Source: an uncultured Caldilinea sp.
GTDB taxonomy: Bacteria; Chloroflexota; Anaerolineae; Caldilineales; Caldilineaceae
Assembly (NCBI GenBank): GCA_964392295.1
Contig: CAYMQA010000020.1
Location: forward strand, 13,372-77,371
Reading direction: 5' to 3'
DNA length: 64,000 nucleotides
Shown: piece after piece, positions 41,431 to 48,004 of the stretch
Layout: every line of letters begins with the position of its first letter
Position numbering within the stretch: the stretch's first letter is position 1
Notes under the pieces: model-generated
Told to the model about the DNA's origin: nothing
The model's database searches: none
Seen by the model: only the letters and a program-made list of their open reading frames with translations
Position numbers and translations under genes: made by a program

Positions 41431-41943
41431 ATGAAATTTACAAAGTCTATATTTTCAGCAGGCTTTACCACGATTGCGTTTCTGTTCGTATGCTGTTCGA
41501 TTGCCCTGATTTTTCTGGCCATATTGGAATTTTGGAATGGCGTTAACCCGACTGTGGCGGTCGTTCTGCGCAACCGCTTTAACTCAGTCTTGGAGGCTAT
41601 TGGCTTGCTAACCGTGGCTGTGGCCGCTCTGGAACTTGCACAGACGGTGCTAGAGGAAGAAGTGATGCGCGAATCTCATGTGAGTGGGCCCACGCGTGTA
41701 CGCCGTTTTCTCTCCCGATTTCTGATTGTGGTGGTGGTTGCGCTTTCTGTAGAGGCCCTTGTTGCTGTCTTCCGCTTGGTTCACGAGGATCCCGCCCTGT
41801 TGCCGCAAGGTGCTTCGGTCGCTGTGGCCGCGGCGGCGCTATTAGCCGCGTGGGGCGTTTTTATCAAGCTAAATACCAGTGCGGAGAAGCTAGAGCCCGA
41901 GGCAATGGCCAAAACAAAACGTGAAGATGAAGATCTGGAGTGA
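41431..41943 (+). CDS. membrane protein (hypothetical)
   Basis: 170 aa with 4 hydrophobic segments and a charged C-terminus. Confidence 0.5.
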   Translation: MKFTKSIFSAGFTTIAFLFVCCSIALIFLAILEFWNGVNPTVAVVLRNRFNSVLEAIGLLTVAVAALELAQTVLEEEVMRESHVSGPTRVRRFLSRFLIVVVVALSVEALVAVFRLVHEDPALLPQGASVAVAAAALLAAWGVFIKLNTSAEKLEPEAMAKTKREDEDLE

Positions 41944-41950
41944 GCGAGCC

Positions 41951-42688
41951 ATGGCCCATACCGCAATTAACCCTGTGACCAACCCCGTAAATGAACTTGG
42001 GCAGCCGATTGGCGTTGCTGTGCCAAACTGGACACCGCCCGTTGTTCCCCCACGTACCTCACTGGTTGGCCGCTTTTGCCGGCTTGAACCTTTGTCGGTT
42101 GAACTCCATGCCGCCCAGCTATTCACCGCCAATCGGGCTGATGGCGCAGGGCAGATGTGGACCTATCTGGCCTATGGGCCCTTTGCCAGCCTCGAAGCCT
42201 ACATGGCGTGGATGGAACGCATTGTGCAGGGCACGGACCCACTCTTTTATGCAATCATCGACACCATGACAGGAAAGGCTGTAGGTGTGGCCAGCTATCT
42301 GCGCATCGATCCAGCCAATGGGGTGATTGAGGTGGGGCACATCGCTTATGCGCCCTGTTTGCAACGTACCCCCGCCGCCACCGAAGCGATGTATCTGTTA
42401 ATGCAGCAGGTATTCGACCTCGGCTATCGGCGCTATGAGTGGAAATGTGATGCCTTAAATGCGCCGTCGCGCGCTGCCGCCCGGCGGCTTGGTTTTGTCT
42501 TTGAAGGCATCTTTCGCCAGGCAGTCATCTACAAGGGGCGCAATCGGGATACGGCATGGTTTGCCATTATTGATCAAACGTGGCCGGCATTACAAGCCGC
42601 TTATACCCAATGGCTGGCTCCCGACAACTTTGATGCTGCCGGCCAACAGCGGGTGCGTTTGTCTGATCTCACCCAACCACTGTTGTAA
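41951..42688 (+). CDS. GNAT-family N-acetyltransferase (RimJ/RimL-like)
   Basis: 245 aa. The C-terminal half contains YRRYEWKCDALNAPSRAAARRLGFVFEG, typical of the Acetyltransf_3-type GNAT fold. Confidence 0.72.
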   Translation: MAHTAINPVTNPVNELGQPIGVAVPNWTPPVVPPRTSLVGRFCRLEPLSVELHAAQLFTANRADGAGQMWTYLAYGPFASLEAYMAWMERIVQGTDPLFYAIIDTMTGKAVGVASYLRIDPANGVIEVGHIAYAPCLQRTPAATEAMYLLMQQVFDLGYRRYEWKCDALNAPSRAAARRLGFVFEGIFRQAVIYKGRNRDTAWFAIIDQTWPALQAAYTQWLAPDNFDAAGQQRVRLSDLTQPLL

Positions 42689-42743
42689 TCGCGCAACCTG
42701 TTGAAGCCACCTTGCGAGACAGTGTTGCGAAAAAGGATAATGT

Positions 42744-43514
42744 ATGGATCGAATCGCCATAATTTCTGATATTCATGGCAATCTGCCTGCCTTGGAGGCT
42801 GTGCTCGCGGATATTAGAAGCCGCAAGATTGACACGATCTTCTGCCTGGGCGACTTGGTAGGCAAAGGCCCCCATTCGGATCTGGCAGTGGATCTTTGCC
42901 GCCAAGCCTGTGCTGTCACAGTAAAGGGCAACTGGGATGACTTTATTGTCGGGGAAACCAAGAATACTACTTTGCAGTGGCATCAGCGACGGCTGGGGCC
43001 GGAACGTCTGGCCTATCTCCAGGCGTTGCCCACCACCATTGAATTTTACATGAGTGGCAAGGGCGTGCGCCTCTTTCATGCCTCGCACAATAGCGTCTAC
43101 TATCGAGTGCGCATGAGTGATACCAGCGATAAACAACTGGAAATGTTCACGAATACGGATTTTACGGGCAATGCCCTACAACCCGATGTGGTGGGGTACG
43201 GCGATATTCATAATGCTTTTCTCAAGAGCTTTCAGCACAAGGTACTCTTTAATGTGGGCAGTGTGGGCAACCCGCTGGATTTGACCCTGGCCTCCTATGC
43301 CATTTTGGAAGGCCGTTATGAGTGTAAAAGCGCCGGTGGCTTTTCTGTCCAGCTTGTCCGTGTGCCCTATGACATTGACCTGGCGATCCAACAAGCCGCC
43401 GATGAGCAGATGCCCGAATTGGAACTCTATGCCAACGAGTTGCGCACGGCGCGCTACCGCGGCCTTTCCTCGCCACCCCTCAGTCAAACGGCCAGCCAAA
43501 CGGTGAAGGAATAG
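42744..43514 (+). CDS. metallophosphoesterase (calcineurin-like)
   Basis: ISDIHGN, GDLVGKGP, GNWD and GDIH motifs. Confidence 0.82.
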   Translation: MDRIAIISDIHGNLPALEAVLADIRSRKIDTIFCLGDLVGKGPHSDLAVDLCRQACAVTVKGNWDDFIVGETKNTTLQWHQRRLGPERLAYLQALPTTIEFYMSGKGVRLFHASHNSVYYRVRMSDTSDKQLEMFTNTDFTGNALQPDVVGYGDIHNAFLKSFQHKVLFNVGSVGNPLDLTLASYAILEGRYECKSAGGFSVQLVRVPYDIDLAIQQAADEQMPELELYANELRTARYRGLSSPPLSQTASQTVKE

Positions 43515-43753
43515 GCATACGCTTTGGCGTCTGTCCTTTTGCACAGGCGACTGACCTAGCTAGGCCCATGAACTCAGTCAGACTGGACATGGCTGTGGCC
43601 GCATTGTGATTGAACAGTAAGCATAGCAATCTCGGAAAATCGAGAATATTGAATCGCATATAGTCTACCTACTCACAATCTTCCATTCTTGATCAACAAC
43701 AGATAAGTGAAAGCGCTCAGTCGATTCTGGAACAAGGCGCGGAAGATGAGTTC

Positions 43754-44158
43754 CTAAAGAAAAGTGGCAATGGCGAGGCTAATTAACAGGCTGGCGGTGA
43801 GCGAGCTAATATCCAATGGAACACGCTCAGCAAGATGTTCAAAGACATCTGGGAGGAAAAAGTACTCTCCAAATATAAAGAGTGTCTGGGTGCCAAAAGC
43901 GACGAGCAAGAACCAGCCGAAAGTCTTGCGAAATCCACCGAGAATACCGTGGATGCTAAAACCATTGTCCGCCCAAGTGCGGTGTCGTAGCCAGCTTTCA
44001 ATCACCATGTAGACGATGAGAGAAAGGGCAAGGATTTGCTTAAGTCCGGGGACGAGTATGCCAATGCCCAGGTAAAGTACGATGACGATGACAATTTCCC
44101 ATCAGGGGGCGGGCTTAGGTGGGCGAGATTCGACTTTTACGGAAGATGAGGCTGATAT
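43754..44158 (-). pseudogene. degenerate integron-cassette ORF (small membrane protein)
   Basis: AAGGAG is followed 7 nt later by ATA (44158-44156) rather than ATG. An in-frame TGA sits at 44104-44102, and the hydrophobic reading frame then continues into tracked ORF 43754-44008. Alternatively, only the 84-aa ORF is real. Confidence 0.35.
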
Positions 44159-44277
44159 GAGTTTTCTCCTTTATTTACACTTACACGATTGGGTTGTTTT
44201 TTCTCATTAGATAGCCTTCACCATTTTTCTATAGAATAATATCGGATGTTCATTTTGTGATAATTTTCCAAGAAGGG

Positions 44278-44374
44278 GCCTAACGGTTTGCGTTCAGCGC
44301 CCGCGCCACCCCCACAAAACCTGAAAACACCAAGCCGCCGCGTGGCATGGGTGCGCTGGAACGATTCGTTAGGC
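44278..44374 (-). mobile_element. attC-type recombination site 1
   Basis: GCCTAAC(G)...CGTTCAGCGC ... GCGCTGGAACG...(C)GTTAGGC. The R boxes match RYYYAAC/GTTRRRY, and the L boxes pair with one extrahelical base. It begins 7 nt after the stop of the 122-aa ORF. Confidence 0.75.
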
Positions 44375-44381
44375 GGTTCGA

Positions 44382-44750
44382 TTATTTTAAGTTAAAAACT
44401 AGATCAACAATTTCATCGTTTGAAGTGTAGGGGCCGTGAATTGTGCCTGCAAGACCTTTGAAAGGCGCTTGCTTTCCTTCGCCAAGCAGTGATATCCAAT
44501 TAACAAATATCATGTGGAACTCCAAAGCGTTGAAATCCCCTACGTCTTCGACTACCCCAATAGCATTGATGTCTACTGCTGTAGAACCCTGCCCACGCAT
44601 TTTTTTAATGGCTATTCGGTCGCCCTTTTGAATTTTAGCAATATCTGATTGGGCAGTGTCTTTGTTGCCAAACCAAATGCCGTGTTTAATAAACCAAGCA
44701 GTCATGTCTTGACCGGATACGGTTGCGCCAACAATCCAATAGTTTGCCAT
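44382..44750 (-). CDS. integron cassette ORF, 122 aa, unknown function
   Basis: Soluble-looking ORF (MANYWIVGATVSGQDMTAWFIKHGIWFGNKD...) flanked by attC sites 1 and 2. I can assign no family with confidence. Confidence 0.6.
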   Translation of the reverse strand: MANYWIVGATVSGQDMTAWFIKHGIWFGNKDTAQSDIAKIQKGDRIAIKKMRGQGSTAVDINAIGVVEDVGDFNALEFHMIFVNWISLLGEGKQAPFKGLAGTIHGPYTSNDEIVDLVFNLK

Positions 44751-44779
44751 TGACTCTCACCTTTATTTTGAATATTCAC

Positions 44780-44905
44780 GCCGAACACAAAGCTCACCTG
44801 AGAGCGATGAAAGCACAACCACACCGCCAATGAAACCCCACCACCGAAGGAATCAAGCTGAGATCACCCATGAGCGTAGCGAATCAGGTGCAGCGGATGT
44901 TCGGC
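44780..44905 (-). mobile_element. attC-type recombination site 2
   Basis: GCCGAACA...GCTCACCTGA ... TCAGGTGCAGC...TGTTCGGC: 8-bp R-box pairing and an L box with one extrahelical base. Confidence 0.65.
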
Positions 44906-45032
44906 GGATAACAAGCCGCCGTCCAACTGCCTTGTGCCAGCCTATAACCGGCTTTGGCTTTGTATACATAGCCAAACGGATCGCATTAAGATTGCTTCCT
45001 TTCTCGTATTTTGTCTGCTACCCATGCCTTCA

Positions 45033-45803
45033 CTAAGGCCGACGAATTCCTTTTTGGTTGGTTCGCTTTGAAGAAGAACCTTTTCTGACTATCTCTGATT
45101 TTCGCCTTGTTTCCCAAATGCTATATAACCAAGGAAATGTTAAGGCAGCACCAGCAAATGAGGATATATAGCTAATAATTGTGCCTACTCTTACAGGTAT
45201 ACCCAGCGTATCCACCACTTGAATATTATACACTATAGGGTCTGCTTCTGTTGTAACTTCTCCTGGAGTGGATAATGCAAAAACCGTTACTGCTACTTCT
45301 TCTGCATCGGCAGCAATTCCAGCTTGCATATTTTTGAGCGCCTTTCTCGTAATTCCTGTAAAACCGAGAGCGATATTGTGATTGCCTGGCCTTCGTGGGC
45401 TGAGTGTCCATGCAAAACGCGCAGTCTGTCCATTGTAAACCGATTTTGAGATTACCGTTGAAGGAGCAACGTCAAAACTACTACTAGAGGCGTCAATCGC
45501 GATGAAGCCAGACAATTCATTCATTGAATGCTTATCACTCAGCGCCATGTAATCAAATTCAATAATACCACTGTCTGCTATAGAGATTTTGTATGGTAGC
45601 CTAATTCGCACAGTCTCGGTAATGGTCTCCGAAGTAACACCCATCTGTATAACAGAGCCGCCCCCACCTGAATGTTTTACAGTCTTTTTCAATTGGCTAG
45701 ATTGTGATATATAGGTATCTGCAAATTGACTAAAAAAATTAGTGCCAACGATGCCGATAATTACGGCGATAATACCGATAATTGCGAGTCTAGTATAAGT
45801 CAT
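45033..45803 (-). CDS. integron cassette ORF, 256 aa, N- and C-terminal TM helices, unknown function
   Basis: MTYTRLAIIGIIAVIIGIVGTNFF... (TM), then a roughly 190-aa beta-rich domain, a second TM helix (IISYISSFAGAALTFPWLYSIW) and a basic tail. It lies between attC sites 2 and 3 in an AT-rich region. Confidence 0.65.
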   Translation of the reverse strand: MTYTRLAIIGIIAVIIGIVGTNFFSQFADTYISQSSQLKKTVKHSGGGGSVIQMGVTSETITETVRIRLPYKISIADSGIIEFDYMALSDKHSMNELSGFIAIDASSSSFDVAPSTVISKSVYNGQTARFAWTLSPRRPGNHNIALGFTGITRKALKNMQAGIAADAEEVAVTVFALSTPGEVTTEADPIVYNIQVVDTLGIPVRVGTIISYISSFAGAALTFPWLYSIWETRRKSEIVRKGSSSKRTNQKGIRRP

Positions 45804-45890
45804 AATACTTTCTCGTCCGTTACGTCGTAACGCAAGCCGTTTGTTTTTGGCTTGCTACCTTTCCCGTGCCGTCGCTGTGTAGCTTACGCC

Positions 45891-46017
45891 GCCGAACGGC
45901 CTGCGTCAGCCGCTCGCCGTCATGCGGGACGATCCATGTTGTACCCAGCAGGAACGTGCGGGCAGTAAGCAAGAAAAACCCGTGATCGAGGCGAGTCGGC
46001 TGCACGCAATGTTGGAC
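45891..46017 (-). mobile_element. attC-type recombination site 3
   Basis: GCCGAAC..TGCGTCAGCCGCTCGCC ... GGCGAGTCGGCTGCACGCA..GTTGGAC: long L-box pairing with one extrahelical base. GTTGGAC matches GTTRRRY. Confidence 0.65.
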
Positions 46018-46418
46018 GGCGTAAAATAACTGTCGGCTTTTGCTTCCATCAAGAGCAGAACCAACGCTCTACATGACCTCAGCACCTGACCCGTCAGCGT
46101 CCTGTTTTACCGCATCGGCTTTGCCAAAACAATACCCCAACCGACCTTGATACACCGCTGCTGAAGATGTAGAGACTGAACGGGTTTCATCCGCATCAGC
46201 GCTTGGTAACAAAGTTCATCGTCGGTCTATTGAGAATGGCCTTTGGGAAGTTCCAGATAACAACCGCCCAGGCCGGTCTCTGCGATTAATCAATTATTAC
46301 ACAGATTTTTCGATTTATCAACGCCCTTTTCGATCACCTTGCCACCCAATTAGCCATTTTTATGACCCAAGATCGGGACTCCAGTAATTTCTGAAATGAC
46401 AGCAATTTGTCACAGTAA

Positions 46419-46562
46419 AAAAGTGAACCTATCCCTGCCTCCAAACCCAAGCGGCTAGACCAAGTTCGCAATGCCATCCGCCTGAAAAATTATGCCTATA
46501 GCACAGAGAAAACCTACGTTTACTAGGTGAAGCGCTACGTCCTCTTCCATAACAAACGGCAC
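46419..46562 (+). pseudogene. intI: integron-type tyrosine recombinase (intI) N-terminal remnant
   Basis: The frame reads ...PKRLDQVRNAIRLKNYAYSTEKTYVY*VKRYVLFHNKRH. This resembles the integron-integrase N-terminus (LDQ.R..IR...YS.RTE..Y..W..R.I.FH..RHP). There is no start codon, TAG at 46524-46526 sits where a conserved Trp is expected, and similarity stops at about 46562. Confidence 0.6.
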
Positions 46563-47002
46563 GTCTTCCATGATGACCTTGAACTCTTCACAAAAGTCTT
46601 TAATTAACATTCTTTTCACTTTCCTTTCTCAGTTGCTTTTTGCGTTCCCAATATTCCCCAATATTCAAGTAGTTGTGTATATTTATCCACAATCCTACTT
46701 GCGGGGGCCAACCGACTTTACTGGTAAATTACTTTCCGGCTAAAGCAAGTGAGTTTTAGTTTCCTAAAGCCCATGTGCTTTAGCCGTGGGATATTTACAT
46801 GAAGGGGTGAGCTATGACTGTCTTTATGATCGCCCGGAGCGTCTCACTCACGATCTTGTCTCCGAGAAGCTCTTAGCGCTGCGACTCCGGCGCGAAGATT
46901 GCTATATCCGATCGGATGGCCGTATTCTGGATCGATGATCACCATGGCCGCTGTGCTCTTGTTGGCTTCGCTCACGCCAAGGTGCCGACCGTAAGATAAC
47001 CA

Positions 47003-47329
47003 ATGAGCTTTGCCGACACCCTGCATACCCACCTGCAAGCCATCCAACAACGCAATCTCGATGCGTTTCTCGCTACGCTGACGCTCGATGAAACAATTAG
47101 CGTAATCCTGCCCAATGGCACGCTGATCGAGACACGCCGCGCGTTTGTCGATTTCACGCGTGACTGGTTCGCCGATCCCGATTGGCGTATGACCGTTGAT
47201 CCCGTACGCACCATCGAAACCAGTGAAATGGGGATTGCGCTGCTCTCCGTCATCTATGACGACCTCGATCCGCATGGGCAACCGTATCAACTGCGATATT
47301 ACTTGAGTTTGGTCTTTGCCAAGCAGTAA
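47003..47329 (+). CDS. NTF2-like/SnoaL-like (DUF4440-type) small protein, possibly C-terminally truncated
   Basis: 108 aa with the typical N-terminus ...HLQAIQQRNLDAFLATL. It is preferred over the overlapping antisense ORF 46844-47350. Confidence 0.5.
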   Translation: MSFADTLHTHLQAIQQRNLDAFLATLTLDETISVILPNGTLIETRRAFVDFTRDWFADPDWRMTVDPVRTIETSEMGIALLSVIYDDLDPHGQPYQLRYYLSLVFAKQ

Positions 47330-47386
47330 GGTCAATGGCGGTTGGTGCAAGACCAGAATACTTTAATCGAAAAACAGGGAGATCGG

Positions 47387-47797
47387 ATGGATGCGAAGAA
47401 AATCTATGTAGAAGGTCTGGCGCGGCTACCTGTTTTCTGCCACGCCACGGTTGCTGGTGATTTCATCTATGTTTCGGGTACATTGGGCACGCAATGGAAC
47501 TCGATGGCACTGGTCGAAGGTGGGGTTGGGCCCCAAACTACGCAGACGCTACGCCATATCGAGACGATTTTGCATGCATGTGGCGCTTCGTTGGCTCATC
47601 TGGTCAAGGTTAATGTCTTCCTGGCCGATATCAATACCTTTGCCGAAATGAATCAAGCCTATCTGGCTGTGATCGGTGACGATCCACCGGCGCGCATCAC
47701 GGTTGGGCGCGCTGAATTAGCATTGGGCGCGGCGGTGGAAATCGACGCGGTAGCCTATAAACGACAAGGGTCGCCGATACTGAATATCGCATCGTGA
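47387..47797 (+). CDS. ridA: RidA/YjgF-family reactive-intermediate deaminase
   Basis: VAGDFIYVSGTLG, VKVNVFLADI..F..MNQAY and PARITVG...L...AAVEIDAVA. ATG 47387 has a GGGAG RBS. Confidence 0.82.
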   Translation: MDAKKIYVEGLARLPVFCHATVAGDFIYVSGTLGTQWNSMALVEGGVGPQTTQTLRHIETILHACGASLAHLVKVNVFLADINTFAEMNQAYLAVIGDDPPARITVGRAELALGAAVEIDAVAYKRQGSPILNIAS

Positions 47798-48004
47798 AGA
47801 CTCGCGTAATACCGCAAAGATCCGATTGCTGAAGTGCATAAGCCGTGGTAAACTGAGCGCTGCGATCCGCGCGACGGATCGCCCTGCAACGAATTTGAGA
47901 AACTATCGCCTGGGTACTGCCAGGAGTGCAACTGCACTCGCTTGCCCGTATTGACCTCTGCAGAGAACTTCGGCTCACCCACGGCCTCGCTCGAGGAGAG
48001 CCCT

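Noticed and set aside
46022-46418. attI site and first cassette between attC site 3 and the intI remnant
   Set aside because: Only weak candidates were seen: GATAACAACCGCC at about 46255, resembling GATAACAAGCCGCC at 44907, and a 29-aa minus-strand ORF. That is not enough to define attI or a coding cassette by eye.
46844-47350. 168-aa minus-strand ORF overlapping the NTF2-like ORF
   Set aside because: The plus-strand ORF has a recognisable NTF2/SnoaL-like N-terminus. The minus-strand translation has no recognisable features. Confidence is only moderate.
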